DNA of 64,000 nucleotides from Patescibacteria group bacterium (GCA_026004595.1 BPJL01000002.1:1431-65430), one strand, 5' to 3'; shown: positions 17,636-28,625, counted from the first letter of the stretch. Notes: generated by a model from the sequence alone, not told the origin. Program-made: numbers and translations.

Positions 17636-18530
17636 ATTGATGAAATACAAAATTTGGTACCTTGTTTTCTCCGCTGCGGTTTTGCTCCCCGGCATCATTG
17701 CCCTTTTCATGTTTGGTCTTAACATGTCAATTGATTTTACGGGAGGGTCAGTTTTTAGATACCAATTTGAGTCTGATGTAAATACTGAAGAACTCGCAAA
17801 GATTTATTCTGAAAAAGGCATTGAGGTGGAGGCAGTCGTGCCCGAAAGCGGAACAAAATACAGCATCCGCACAAAGCCGGTGGAAGCCCAGAGAAATGAT
17901 GAAATAAAAGAGGCAGTAAGCGCAGTGTTTCCAAACGCGTCCCAGCTCTCTTTTGAAACGGTAGGGCCTTCAATTGGAGCTGAAACAACCCGAAGCGCTT
18001 TTATAGCTTTGGGGTGGGCGATGATAGGAATTACTTTATATATAGCTTTTGCATTTAGAAATGTTCCCAAGCCGTATTCAAGTTTTAGATTTGGAGTGAG
18101 CGCGGTGGTTTCCATGATTCATGACGCATTTGTATTGATAGGTCTTTTTGCAATTCTTGGGCACTTTTTCAAAGTAGAAGTTGACGGGTTATTTATTACA
18201 GCTGTTCTTACCGTTTTGGGATTTTCTGTGCATGACACCATAGTAGTTTTTGACAGGATAAGAGAAAATTTGGGAAAGCTTCCTAGGTCAATGAGTTTTG
18301 AAGATGTTGCCAACTACTCTTTGGCAGAAACTTTGAGCCGATCGGTGGCGACTTCTCTCACAGTCATTTTTACTTTAACGGCATTATATGTTTTAGGCGG
18401 GGAGACCATAAAAATGTTTGTGCTGGCAATGCTGGTGGGTATAATTTCCGGAACTTATTCCTCAATATTTACTGCCACTCCGGTGCTGGTACTCTGGGAA
18501 AACGCCGCCTCAAAGAAAAAATATAAATGA
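17628..18530 (+). CDS. secF: Protein translocase subunit SecF
   Basis: IDFTGG, VHDTIVVFDRIREN, GTYSSIF. Confidence 0.96.
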   Translation: MDKLMKYKIWYLVFSAAVLLPGIIALFMFGLNMSIDFTGGSVFRYQFESDVNTEELAKIYSEKGIEVEAVVPESGTKYSIRTKPVEAQRNDEIKEAVSAVFPNASQLSFETVGPSIGAETTRSAFIALGWAMIGITLYIAFAFRNVPKPYSSFRFGVSAVVSMIHDAFVLIGLFAILGHFFKVEVDGLFITAVLTVLGFSVHDTIVVFDRIRENLGKLPRSMSFEDVANYSLAETLSRSVATSLTVIFTLTALYVLGGETIKMFVLAMLVGIISGTYSSIFTATPVLVLWENAASKKKYK

Positions 18531-20167
18531 AATGGAATATCCGCCGCGAATATAAAGAAGGTGACGACATAATATCCGCTATACTTGATATTCGGGGGAT
18601 AGCGGCCGATGGAACATTTCTAAACCCTCCCAACATTTCAGAAGCATTTAATCTTTTGCCGCAAGAATTAAGGGATTCTTTGCAAAAGGCGGTTGAGTTA
18701 GTTAACAGCGCTGTAAAAGAGGGAAAACGCATTCTTATACATGGAGACTACGACGCCGACGGGATATCAGCTACAGCCATTTTGTACAACGCCCTATCAA
18801 AAGAAATGGGATATAAAAATGTCTTCCATTTCATTCCTAATCGTTTTGACCATGGATACGGCTTGTCCGAAAAATCAATCTTGGCTTTTTTTAACAAGAT
18901 TGGAGCCGTGCTATCAGGCGACGAAAAGATTTTGATAATTACGGTTGACTGCGGAATAACGGCCGTTGATGAAATCAGAAAATTGAAGGATCATGGGCAC
19001 TCTGTTGTGCTCACCGACCACCACCAAAAAAGCCATAAACTGCCGCCTGCAGACGTGATTGTTTGGTACGATAAGGTTGTCGGTGCCTCTTTAGCGCTCT
19101 TGTTGGCAAAAGTCCTCGGTTCAAAAGATCCGCACATGATAGCTCTGGCTTCTTTGGCCACTGTTACCGATTTACAGCCCTTGCTTGGATTTAACCGTTC
19201 GCTTGTTAAACGTGGGCTTGAAATATTAAACTCAAATCCTCCCGTAGGAATTAAAAAATTACTGCAGGCGGCCGGAAAAGGAGCAGGTGAAATTACAACT
19301 TACGATCTTGGGTGGATAGTAGGTCCCCGCCTCAATTCGTCTGGGAGGATTCTTGACGCTACCGAGTCTCTCAATTTATTGCTTGAAGAGGATGAAGCGG
19401 CGGCTGAAAATCTTGCTGTTAAGCTTAATGACATAAACTTGCAAAGACAGGACAAGACAATTGAAATGTATGATCTTGCCGCGGGAGTTGACGAAAACGC
19501 CCTTCCGAAAATAATTTTCTCCGCCCGCCCCGATTACCACGAAGGAATAATAGGACTCGTTGCCGCCCGCCTTTCCCAGAAATATTTCAGGCCCTCTGTG
19601 GTTGTGGCTTTGTTTGACGATCATGGAAAAGGATCAGTCAGGTCAGTTCCGGGAGTTGACATAATTTCCTTCTTAAGAAACTTTGAGGATATGTTTGACA
19701 GCTTGGGAGGCCACCCGATGGCAGCAGGATTTACCATTAAAAAAGAACTTCTGCCGGAGCTGGAAAAGAAAGCTTTGGAACTCGCCTCATCTTACATTCC
19801 CGATGAAGCTTTGGTGCCTTATTTGGATGTTGACATTAAAATACCCATTGATTTGGTGTCGCTTGAGCTCTTAAACCGCCTTGATGCATTAAAACCATTT
19901 GGGCTTGGAAACGAAGAGCCCGTTTTTATGTCGGAAAAGGTCGGGATAACAGATGTGAGTAGAGTTGGGCGCGACTCCCAGCACCTTCTTTTCAAATTTT
20001 ATGATTCGGGTAAATACCATAAAGGTATTTTTTTCAACGCGGCTGACAAAGAAGCCTCCGGCCTAAGATTTGGAGACAAAGCCGACATTGTTTATACTCT
20101 GAAGAAAAATGAGTACAATGGAAATACGTTTGTAGATTTATTTATTAAGGATATAAGGAAAAGTTAG
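18527..20167 (+). CDS. recJ: ssDNA exonuclease RecJ
   Basis: GDYDADG, TVDCG, TDHH, PRLNSSGR, GGHPMAAG. Confidence 0.95.
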   Translation: MKWNIRREYKEGDDIISAILDIRGIAADGTFLNPPNISEAFNLLPQELRDSLQKAVELVNSAVKEGKRILIHGDYDADGISATAILYNALSKEMGYKNVFHFIPNRFDHGYGLSEKSILAFFNKIGAVLSGDEKILIITVDCGITAVDEIRKLKDHGHSVVLTDHHQKSHKLPPADVIVWYDKVVGASLALLLAKVLGSKDPHMIALASLATVTDLQPLLGFNRSLVKRGLEILNSNPPVGIKKLLQAAGKGAGEITTYDLGWIVGPRLNSSGRILDATESLNLLLEEDEAAAENLAVKLNDINLQRQDKTIEMYDLAAGVDENALPKIIFSARPDYHEGIIGLVAARLSQKYFRPSVVVALFDDHGKGSVRSVPGVDIISFLRNFEDMFDSLGGHPMAAGFTIKKELLPELEKKALELASSYIPDEALVPYLDVDIKIPIDLVSLELLNRLDALKPFGLGNEEPVFMSEKVGITDVSRVGRDSQHLLFKFYDSGKYHKGIFFNAADKEASGLRFGDKADIVYTLKKNEYNGNTFVDLFIKDIRKS

Positions 20168-20168
20168 T

Positions 20169-21461
20169 ATGGAAAGAACATTGCTAAAAGATTTAGGAAA
20201 AAAGATCGGGGAGGATGTAAAAATTTTCGGTTTTATACACGCGATCCGCGACCAAGGGGGAATAAAGTTTCTTCAGTTAAGAGATTTTTCGGGGATCGTG
20301 CAGATTGTTGTCCTTAAATCCGAAAAAGAAGTTTTTGACGCTGTGAAAGATTTATCTTTAGAGTCGGTTTTGGAGATTCACGGCAGAGTTAAGGAGGAGA
20401 AACAGGCGCCCGGAGGGTTTGAGGTTCAAGCTATGGAGATGAAAATACTATCGCTTGCCGAACCCGAACTTCCCATTCCGATTGTTGAAGAAAAAGGAGC
20501 GGAAGAAACTGAATTAACAAAAAGACTTGATTGGAGATGGCTTGACTTGAGAAAAGTTTCAAAAAAGCACATATTTCCGGTTTGGACTGCTTTGGAAGAA
20601 GGTTTTAGAAAATATTTTTTGTCAAACGGTTTTGTTCAGATATACACGCCCTCTTTGATGAACACTGCGAGCGAAACGGGAGCTGATGTTTTTGAGGTAA
20701 AGTATTTTGAGCGCAAAGCATATCTTGCCCAATCGCCCCAATTCTATAAGCAAATGGCTATGTCGGCAGGAATGGAAAGAGTGTTTATGGTCGGACCTGT
20801 TTTCAGAGCGGAACCCTCTTTCACTACAAGACACCTGACCGAATTCACTGGCTGGGACTTTGAAGTTTCATATATCAACGATCATTTTGACGTAATGAGC
20901 ATGGAAGAAGATATGATAATTTCGGGTTTTAGAGAAGTTAGGGAGAGGACAGGAATTGAATTGGAAATCCCCTCAAAGCCATTTCCGAAAATAGGTTTAA
21001 GAGATGCGAAAAAAATATTGGCTGAAAAAGGAGTAAAAAGCGAAAAGCCTTTTGATTTGTCGCCGGAAGAAGAAAGAACTCTGTCCGAGATATTCAAAGA
21101 AAAAGAGGGATCGGATTTTGTTTTTCTTACGGATTACCCTGTTGAGGTCAGGCCCTTTTATCACATGAGGTATGAGGATGATCCCGACACTACAAAAAGT
21201 TTTGACCTTCTTTACAAAGGTGTTGAAATAACTACTGGGGCCCAAAGAGAGCATCGTCCCGAGATTTTGAAAAAGCAGGCTATTGAAAAGAGAATGGATC
21301 TTAAGACATTAGAGGGATACATCAACTTTTTTAGATACGGATGTCCTCCCCACGGAGGCGCGGGGATAGGCCCGGGAAGAATAATAATGAGAATGCTTGA
21401 CCTTCCTACCGTAAAAGAAGCAACTTTCCTGCCCAGAGACGTAAAAAGATTAACGCCATAA
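20169..21461 (+). CDS. aspS: Aspartate--tRNA(Asp/Asn) ligase, archaeal-type non-discriminating
   Basis: 430 aa with no GAD insert; YLAQSPQFYKQM, GCPPHGG; His (FIHAIRD) and Pro (QAPGG) typical of ND enzymes. Confidence 0.88.
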   Translation: MERTLLKDLGKKIGEDVKIFGFIHAIRDQGGIKFLQLRDFSGIVQIVVLKSEKEVFDAVKDLSLESVLEIHGRVKEEKQAPGGFEVQAMEMKILSLAEPELPIPIVEEKGAEETELTKRLDWRWLDLRKVSKKHIFPVWTALEEGFRKYFLSNGFVQIYTPSLMNTASETGADVFEVKYFERKAYLAQSPQFYKQMAMSAGMERVFMVGPVFRAEPSFTTRHLTEFTGWDFEVSYINDHFDVMSMEEDMIISGFREVRERTGIELEIPSKPFPKIGLRDAKKILAEKGVKSEKPFDLSPEEERTLSEIFKEKEGSDFVFLTDYPVEVRPFYHMRYEDDPDTTKSFDLLYKGVEITTGAQREHRPEILKKQAIEKRMDLKTLEGYINFFRYGCPPHGGAGIGPGRIIMRMLDLPTVKEATFLPRDVKRLTP

Positions 21462-21467
21462 AACAAA

Positions 21468-22466
21468 ATGACGATTTCAATCACCCGCAGAGCAATTGCG
21501 CATATCGTGAGATCTTTTGCCTATTTTCTGTGGACTATAGATTTTTGCGCCAGCTTCAAAACAATTTTCTATGTTTTATTTATGGTTTACGCAGGAATTC
21601 TTTTTGCGATCAGCCGGGCGGATCTGGGAGATGTAATGAATGGAGCTTTGATGTCCGTAAATTATATTCAGCCGGTTCAGACTTCTTACCAAAATATATA
21701 TCCCCTGAAGATTGGGGGGCAGGATCGGCCCAATATTTCTTCTATCGCTGCGGCCGTGTACGATAGGGGATCGGGAAAGATTTTATACAGCAAATCGCCT
21801 GACATAAGACTTGCTCCTGCATCAACAACCAAGTTGATGACAGCTCTTGTAGCTCTTGAACTTTATACTTCAGATGAGATTGTTACGGTTCCATACTTTT
21901 GCACTAATGTAGATTCCACCAAGGCCTGGCTTCCTGCAGAGGAAAAGTTCAAAGCCCAAGATCTTATAACCACTATGTTGATAGGTTCTGCCGGAGACGC
22001 CGCATGCGCTTTGGCTACATCCAAGGTTTCATATTCGGAGTTTGTGGGAAAGATGAATGAGAAGGCAAAAGAGCTTGGGATGAAAAATACTAATTTCGTA
22101 AATCCAATTGGGCTGGACGGATTCAAAGGTGTCCATTATTCTACCGTTTCGGACTTATACGCTTTGGCCTTGGTGTCTCTTTCTAATGATGTGGTGAAAA
22201 ATACGGTTTCAACAATAGAGTTCACTATAAAATCATTGTCCTCCGATTTCAGTTATAAAGTGACGAATACTAACAGGTTGTTATGGGAGATTCCCGGAAG
22301 CGTCGGTATAAAGACGGGAACCACTGTGGGCGCAGGTGAAGTATTAATGTACGAATGGAAAGACGACAAAAGGGACTTGGTGATAATAGTTATGGGAAGC
22401 GAGGACAGATTTAGAGACACAAAGATTTTGCTGGATTGGTCGTTGGAAAACTACGTTTGGGATTAA
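21468..22466 (+). CDS. D-Ala-D-Ala carboxypeptidase family (S11)
   Basis: PASTTK (SxxK), FVNPIGL, IKTGTT; the SxN position reads SAG. Confidence 0.85.
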   Translation: MTISITRRAIAHIVRSFAYFLWTIDFCASFKTIFYVLFMVYAGILFAISRADLGDVMNGALMSVNYIQPVQTSYQNIYPLKIGGQDRPNISSIAAAVYDRGSGKILYSKSPDIRLAPASTTKLMTALVALELYTSDEIVTVPYFCTNVDSTKAWLPAEEKFKAQDLITTMLIGSAGDAACALATSKVSYSEFVGKMNEKAKELGMKNTNFVNPIGLDGFKGVHYSTVSDLYALALVSLSNDVVKNTVSTIEFTIKSLSSDFSYKVTNTNRLLWEIPGSVGIKTGTTVGAGEVLMYEWKDDKRDLVIIVMGSEDRFRDTKILLDWSLENYVWD

Positions 22467-22468
22467 CT

Positions 22469-23629
22469 TTATTGGGTTACGGGAGTCGCTGGAGCATTTT
22501 GAGGAGCGATCGGTTTTACATATTGGCCGCTTATCGCAGGAAGATATATTGTTATTTCTCCGCCCTGCGAACCGAGAGATTTGTATTTACCATCAAAAAC
22601 ATATATTGGTTGAAGATACAACTGCTTTTCATCCGGGTTTTCGTAGTATGCCAAGTATATATTGTCAACCAAAATCTCTGAAACTACAGGTGTATCTTGT
22701 TTGTCAAAAACGCTCGAACCTGCCGGAACTACGCTTGTAATGACTCCTTTTCCGTTTTTGACAGCATTCCATGCGGTTGAGACATCAATGATTGGGTACG
22801 AGGCGTTGGTTTTTGTTTCTATCTCCCTGTAGTAGGCGCTTATTTTGGGGTATGTAAGAACCAGAGTCTTTTCATTTTTGGGTGAAGTTACAAAAGTGTT
22901 AAGAAGACCGATTTTTGGGTCTGGTCCCAGCACAATGTAATCATTTAACTTTCTGTATAAATCAACACGGGCAAAAACAGTATCCCTTTGTGCATTTGTT
23001 TGGTAGAGCTTGGTGCCGCCTACGTATCCGTAGGTGACTTTTTGAACGCCCTCTTTGTATAATTCATCAATTCTGTCCAATTTTGAAAATAACGATACAG
23101 CGCTATTAATAACACCCTTGTCGTCAAGTTTACCTGTGTATAATCGGGCCGAGTTTCTTACTATGTCCGAGTCGGCGAATATTCTTCTGGTGTTTATATC
23201 AATTTCTAGATAACTGTTTGTGTCGGTTCTTCTCCATTTGTAAACTGTTCCTTTTAGATCCGAAATAAGATGTTGATTTTCATAGCCTATTAACTCCGCA
23301 TCTTTCATAGCATTGTCGCCGGCAAGATAGGAGAAAGCTCGGGGCTTAAACTTGTAAACGTTCATTTTATAGGGGATGCTGCCGGGAAGTCTGCCGTTTT
23401 TAGTGTTTAGTTTGTAAACTTGGTCACCTGTGACCTCCTTGGCCACAAACTCAAGTGGGTCTAAGTTTCCATAAATTGGGTTAGGGGGTTCTTTAGTTTG
23501 GTATATTATTTTTACTAAAGTTTTAAGCCCAGGTCCCCCGAAAAACATCCACCCGTAGTAAACACCAAGAACCAACATGCTGATTTTTATGAAACGTCTG
23601 AAGAGAATGGCAGTTTTGGTTAAATTCAT
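22469..23629 (-). CDS. Membrane-anchored hypothetical protein
   Basis: Long ORF with N-terminal TM and IYLAYY..YLQPIYVF tail; TGnTATAAT lies 9 nt before the ATG at 23629. Confidence 0.7.
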   Translation of the reverse strand: MNLTKTAILFRRFIKISMLVLGVYYGWMFFGGPGLKTLVKIIYQTKEPPNPIYGNLDPLEFVAKEVTGDQVYKLNTKNGRLPGSIPYKMNVYKFKPRAFSYLAGDNAMKDAELIGYENQHLISDLKGTVYKWRRTDTNSYLEIDINTRRIFADSDIVRNSARLYTGKLDDKGVINSAVSLFSKLDRIDELYKEGVQKVTYGYVGGTKLYQTNAQRDTVFARVDLYRKLNDYIVLGPDPKIGLLNTFVTSPKNEKTLVLTYPKISAYYREIETKTNASYPIIDVSTAWNAVKNGKGVITSVVPAGSSVFDKQDTPVVSEILVDNIYLAYYENPDEKQLYLQPIYVFDGKYKSLGSQGGEITIYLPAISGQYVKPIAPQNAPATPVTQ

Positions 23630-23673
23630 CTCTAATATATTATAACAATATTTTGTGTGATAGAATCCCAAGT

Positions 23674-25125
23674 ATGGAAGTAAGAACTAGAATGGCTCCC
23701 AGCCCGACCGGAGAATACCATGTTGGGCATATCCGCACCCTGATGTACAACTACGCTTTTGCCCGAAAAAACAACGGTAAATTCATATTGAGAATAGAAG
23801 ATACCGATCGTGAGAGATACGTTCCCGGCGCGGTAGAAAGAATTCAAGATGTTATAAAAATGATGGGTTTTGAATGGGACGAAGGTCCGGGAGTAGGAGG
23901 CGAGTACGGACCCTATGTGCAGTCTGAACGATTGGATATATATAAAAAGTATGCAGAGGAACTAATTGCGAAGGGCTATGCTTACTACTGTTTTTGCACA
24001 GAAGAAAGATTGGAGAAACTTAGGGAAAAACAGAAAGAGCATGGGGTCAGCAAGTACGATAGGCATTGTCTTAAATTAAAAAAAGATGAAATTGAAAAAA
24101 ATTTGAAAGCTAATGTTCCCCGTGTGATAAGAATGAAAGTACCCGACCATGAAGATGTATCTTTTGATGATTTGATACTTAGGAGAATCACTATAAATTC
24201 CGATGCTGTTGACGATCAGGTTCTGATCAAAGCAGACGGGTATCCTACATATCACATGGCTGTTGTTGTTGATGACCACCTTATGAAAATCACTCATGTT
24301 ATGCGTGGCAATGATTGGGTCCCCTCAACTCCCAAGCACATACTTCTATATAAATTCTTCGGATGGGAGCCCCCTAAATATGCCCATCTGCCGAACCTTA
24401 AAGAAGTGGGTGGAACGAAGAAGTTATCAAAAAGGTTTGGCTCGGTGTCTGTTTATGAGTTTTTGAGCGAGGGATACTTGCCTGAGGCGTTGAACAACTT
24501 TTTAATGTTTCTCGGGTGGAACCCCGGAACAGATAAAGAAATCTATACATTAGAAGAATTCATTAGAGACTTTTCAATTGAAAGAATCCAGCCGACCGAT
24601 CTTGTTGCATTTGACAGGCAGAAATTATTGTGGATGAACGGGCTGTATATCAGGAACACGGCAAACGCAGATTTGTGGAAGAAACTTAACGCATGGTCAG
24701 AGAAGTTTGATTTTTACTTGCATGGAAAAAACGCCGAAAAAGAGAAAGTGTTTGCAGTATTGGACTTAATAAAAGATAGAATGAAATTGCTTAGCGAGTA
24801 TAACAGCCTGGCGCATTACTTTTTTGAAGATCCGGAGATAGAAAAGGACGGGTTATATTCTTATGTTTCAGATGAAGAAAGAGGCAGGGAAATCCTTGAA
24901 GGTTTTAAGAATATTTATTCGGGTGTAAAAGATTGGAGCACGCCGGTTATAGATAAAATTTCCCATGATTTTATTTCTAAGAGAAACTACAAACCTAAAG
25001 AAGCATTTATGACTTTGAGAATAGCAATGACAGGAGAAACCGCCACTCCCCAGATTTTTGATATCTTGGGTATTTTAGGGAGAGAGACAGTGCTGAAAAG
25101 GCTAGGTTCAGCCCTTAATGTCTAG
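23674..25125 (+). CDS. gltX: Glutamate--tRNA ligase
   Basis: RMAPSPTG, HVGH, LRIEDTD, KLSKR. Confidence 0.96.
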   Translation: MEVRTRMAPSPTGEYHVGHIRTLMYNYAFARKNNGKFILRIEDTDRERYVPGAVERIQDVIKMMGFEWDEGPGVGGEYGPYVQSERLDIYKKYAEELIAKGYAYYCFCTEERLEKLREKQKEHGVSKYDRHCLKLKKDEIEKNLKANVPRVIRMKVPDHEDVSFDDLILRRITINSDAVDDQVLIKADGYPTYHMAVVVDDHLMKITHVMRGNDWVPSTPKHILLYKFFGWEPPKYAHLPNLKEVGGTKKLSKRFGSVSVYEFLSEGYLPEALNNFLMFLGWNPGTDKEIYTLEEFIRDFSIERIQPTDLVAFDRQKLLWMNGLYIRNTANADLWKKLNAWSEKFDFYLHGKNAEKEKVFAVLDLIKDRMKLLSEYNSLAHYFFEDPEIEKDGLYSYVSDEERGREILEGFKNIYSGVKDWSTPVIDKISHDFISKRNYKPKEAFMTLRIAMTGETATPQIFDILGILGRETVLKRLGSALNV

Positions 25126-25229
25126 TCAGCATAGAAAAGCTGTCTTGAATTAGACCTGTCCGCTGATAGAATGAGTTTAGTAAATTATCATTGCCGAACT
25201 GCCCCGAGCAAATTTTTTGGAGGTAACCT

Positions 25230-26333
25230 GTGGTGAAAGAACATAAAGACAGCAAGCAAATAGATTCTGCCAAAAAGGGTAAGGATATTGCCTTGCAGAC
25301 AGCAATAGATCAGATTGAAAAAAATTACGGAAAAGGGTCAATTATGAGGTTGGGAGGAAGCGGCGGAGAGAGAGTTGTCCCGGTAATTCCCACCGGATCC
25401 ATTGCTTTAGATATAGCATTGGGTGTCGGCGGTGTTCCTAGAGGAAGAATAGTTGAAATTTATGGGCCAGAAGCTTCGGGAAAAACAACTTTGGTACAGC
25501 ACATAATCGCCGAAGCTCAAAAAATGGGCGGGACGGCTGCGCTTATAGACGCAGAACATGCTTTTGACCCCACATACGCTGAAAAAACCGGAGTAGATGT
25601 TGAGAATTTGTTAGTTTCACAGCCCGATACCGGTGAGCAGGCTTTGGAAATAGCCGAAACGCTAATAAGATCAAACGCGGTTGATGTAGTGGCAATCGAC
25701 TCCGTCGCCGCCTTGGTTCCGAGAGCCGAAATAGAAGGTGACATAGGTGATAGTTTTGTAGCTGTCCAGGCGAGGTTAATGAGCCAAGCATTAAGAAGAC
25801 TGACGGGAGCGATCAGTAGGTCAAATTGCACGATAATATTTACCAACCAGCTAAGGATGAAAATAGGCGTGATGTTTGGAAACCCCGAAACTACTCCCGG
25901 AGGAAAAGCCCTAAAATATTATGCCTCTGTAAGAATTGAGGTAAGAAAGGCAGAAGCTCTGAAAAGTGGGCAGGACATCAGCGGAATAAGAGTTCTCGCT
26001 AAAGTTGTTAAGAATAAAGTTGCCCCTCCATTCAGAAAAGCCGAGTTTGATATTTTATTTAATGAGGGAATAAGCAAAGAGGCTAACATTTTAGATGTTG
26101 GTGTGGATCTTGGAGTCATTAAAAAATTCGGAACTTGGTACGAGGCTGATGGCGAGAAGCTTGGGCAGGGAAAAGAAGCAGCAAGAATTTATCTTAAATC
26201 CAATCATAAGCTTAGGGACGAATTGGCTAAGAAAATAATGGATAAGGTGAAGCAGAGCAAGGAAATACCGCTTGAGCTGGGTACTGCTGGAGACGAGGTT
26301 GCTTTTTCAATGCCCGGAGAAGAAGCTGATTAA
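25230..26333 (+). CDS. recA: Recombinase RecA
   Basis: [37 protein letters not shown]; SD GGAGGT. Confidence 0.99.
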   Translation: MVKEHKDSKQIDSAKKGKDIALQTAIDQIEKNYGKGSIMRLGGSGGERVVPVIPTGSIALDIALGVGGVPRGRIVEIYGPEASGKTTLVQHIIAEAQKMGGTAALIDAEHAFDPTYAEKTGVDVENLLVSQPDTGEQALEIAETLIRSNAVDVVAIDSVAALVPRAEIEGDIGDSFVAVQARLMSQALRRLTGAISRSNCTIIFTNQLRMKIGVMFGNPETTPGGKALKYYASVRIEVRKAEALKSGQDISGIRVLAKVVKNKVAPPFRKAEFDILFNEGISKEANILDVGVDLGVIKKFGTWYEADGEKLGQGKEAARIYLKSNHKLRDELAKKIMDKVKQSKEIPLELGTAGDEVAFSMPGEEAD

Positions 26334-26839
26334 TGCCGGAACTTGAAAAACTTGAAGAAAAAATATTGGCAAAGCTTTTGGATTTTCTGTCTTATTCTTC
26401 CCGAACCGAGAAGGAGGTAAGGGATAAAGCCAACTATTTTTTGAGAAAGTCGGATATACCTAAAAGCGCGGATCGCGAGGATTTGGTAGAAAGAATAATT
26501 TCACTTCTCAAAGAAGAGAATCTGGTTGATGACAAAATTTATGCCAAGAGGTATGTGGAAGGCTTGATTTTGTCCCCAAAAAATAAAAGCGTAAGGGAAG
26601 CAATGAGTTTTCTGCTCAAAAGGGGAGTATCTGAAGATATTGCAGAAAGCGTTCTTGAGGAATTTGGCGAACAACTGGAGTTAAAATCTCTCAAATCTCT
26701 GATTGAGAAGAAGTCAAGGACGTATGGAAGCTTAAGAAATCCAATCGCAAGGCAAAAACTTATCAGATACCTCATTTCTAAAGGTTTTAGCTACGAGGCC
26801 GCGCGGGCGGAGGTTGACAAAACAGCGTCATTAAAATAA
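26333..26839 (+). CDS. recX: RecX regulator
   Basis: RTEKEVRDK, VDDKIYA, LLKRGV, YLISKGF; coupled to recA. Confidence 0.85.
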   Translation: MPELEKLEEKILAKLLDFLSYSSRTEKEVRDKANYFLRKSDIPKSADREDLVERIISLLKEENLVDDKIYAKRYVEGLILSPKNKSVREAMSFLLKRGVSEDIAESVLEEFGEQLELKSLKSLIEKKSRTYGSLRNPIARQKLIRYLISKGFSYEAARAEVDKTASLK

Positions 26840-26842
26840 AAT
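26814..26842 (+). promoter_or_regulatory. rny promoter
   Basis: TTGACA-N17-TAAAAT overlapping the recX stop. Confidence 0.75.
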
Positions 26843-26999
26843 CAAGCCATGGAATTTGCCGATTTTTTGCTTAAAAACACGATGAGAACGGGATTTTTGA
26901 CAACCCTTTTCCCACGATCTTAAGTATAGAAACGCACATAGTTGCGGCAATTCCTGAATGTAAAACATATGTTTGAACTATTTATGGAGGTATCTAAAT

Positions 27000-28580
27000 A
27001 TGGATCTAATTACGGTCATTTTAGCAGTGGTGGCTGGAGCAGCCGGTGTGCTCATTTCACGAGTTTTATTTAACTCCCAAAAACCAAAACAGGAAGAGAA
27101 GCCCTTAGCAGAAGTTGTTCCTGAAAAGGATCTTGAGGGAGAAGCTATTGTCATAGAGGCCAGATCTAAGGCCAAAGAAATAATTGTTGAAGCGAAGGAC
27201 GAGGCCTTAAGAATCAGATCTCAGGCTGAAGAAGAAGCCAGAAAAATAAAAGAAGCTTCGTTGGAGGAAGCCAGGAGGACAAAAGAAGGCACCCTTGAAC
27301 TGGAAAAGGCGCTCGCTATAAGAAAAACCGAGGTAGAGACAAAAGAAAAGGACATTGAACAAAAGGTGAAAACCCTTAGGGCTCTCAAGGAAACCCTTGA
27401 AAGAAAACAAGAAGAAATCGAGGGGTTGCATAAGAAAGCTCAAGATGAGCTTGAGCGTGTCTCCTCTTTAAGCAAAGAGGAAGCTCGAAACCTTTTGATG
27501 CAATCCATTGACAAAGAACTTGCTCAGGAAAAAGGAAAGAAAATCAGGGAAATTGAAGAAGAAATAAAACACACTTCGGAAAAAACAGCACAAGAAATTT
27601 TGGTTTCGGCGATGAGGTTTGGGGCGACAGACATTGTTGTTGAACATACCACTTCAAAGGTAAAACTTCCTGACGAGGAGGTAAAAGGAAGAATTATAGG
27701 GAAAGAAGGACGCAACATTAGAACTTTTGAAGAGTTAACTGGCGTGGATTTGGATCTTGATTCCTCTCAAGGAGAAATAATAATTTCGTCATTTGATCCC
27801 GTGAGAAGAGAAGTTGCCAGAATAGCTCTTGAGAAGCTTTTGGCCGACGGCAGAATTCAACCAGCAAAAATTGAGGAAATAGTGCAGAAAACTCAAGGTG
27901 ATGTTGAACACTTGATGTTCAAAGCGGGAGACGATCTGTGCCACAAGGTTGGGGCATACAATGTGCCTAGAGAACTTGTGCAAATACTTGGGCGCTTTAA
28001 GTACAGGTTTTCCTACGGTCAAAACATGATAGAGCATACTCTTGAGGAAACAAAGATTGGAATCGCTTTGGCTCATGAGCTGGGTATAAATGTAGATGTA
28101 GTGCGTTTGGGGTGTTTGTTCCATGATATCGGCAAGGTTGTAACCGAAGATGAAGGAACACATATTCAGCTAGGTGTTGATCTACTAAGAAAATTTAAGA
28201 TACCAGAAGAAGTAATTGCCTGCGTGGCAGAACATCATGAAGATAAGCCATTTAGTTCTATTGAATCCGCGGTTGTTAATTTGGCCGATCATATAAGCGG
28301 CGCAAGGCCGGGGGCAAGAAGCGAGGACTACCAATCTTACGCGACAAGATTAAAAGAGTTGGAGGAAGCGGCTATGTCATTTGATGGAGTTGAGAAAGCT
28401 TATGCGATTTCGGCAGGCCGCGAAGTGCGGGTTTTTGTTTCTCCGGAAAAAGTTGACGATTATTCCACAGCATTTTTAGCAAGAGAAATTGCTAAGAAAA
28501 TTGAACTCGAGCAATCCTACCCCGGTGTTGTGAAAGTAACAGTTATTAGGGAAACAAGGGTTTCGGAGACTGCAAAATAA
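27000..28580 (+). CDS. rny: Ribonuclease Y
   Basis: N-terminal TM, coiled coil, KH (KGRIIGKEGRNIR), HD (FHDIGK); SD GGAGG before the ATG at 27000. Confidence 0.97.
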   Translation: MDLITVILAVVAGAAGVLISRVLFNSQKPKQEEKPLAEVVPEKDLEGEAIVIEARSKAKEIIVEAKDEALRIRSQAEEEARKIKEASLEEARRTKEGTLELEKALAIRKTEVETKEKDIEQKVKTLRALKETLERKQEEIEGLHKKAQDELERVSSLSKEEARNLLMQSIDKELAQEKGKKIREIEEEIKHTSEKTAQEILVSAMRFGATDIVVEHTTSKVKLPDEEVKGRIIGKEGRNIRTFEELTGVDLDLDSSQGEIIISSFDPVRREVARIALEKLLADGRIQPAKIEEIVQKTQGDVEHLMFKAGDDLCHKVGAYNVPRELVQILGRFKYRFSYGQNMIEHTLEETKIGIALAHELGINVDVVRLGCLFHDIGKVVTEDEGTHIQLGVDLLRKFKIPEEVIACVAEHHEDKPFSSIESAVVNLADHISGARPGARSEDYQSYATRLKELEEAAMSFDGVEKAYAISAGREVRVFVSPEKVDDYSTAFLAREIAKKIELEQSYPGVVKVTVIRETRVSETAK

Positions 28581-28625
28581 TTAAAAATATTGTTAATTTT
28601 GCTCGCAATGGCGGGATAACACTAA

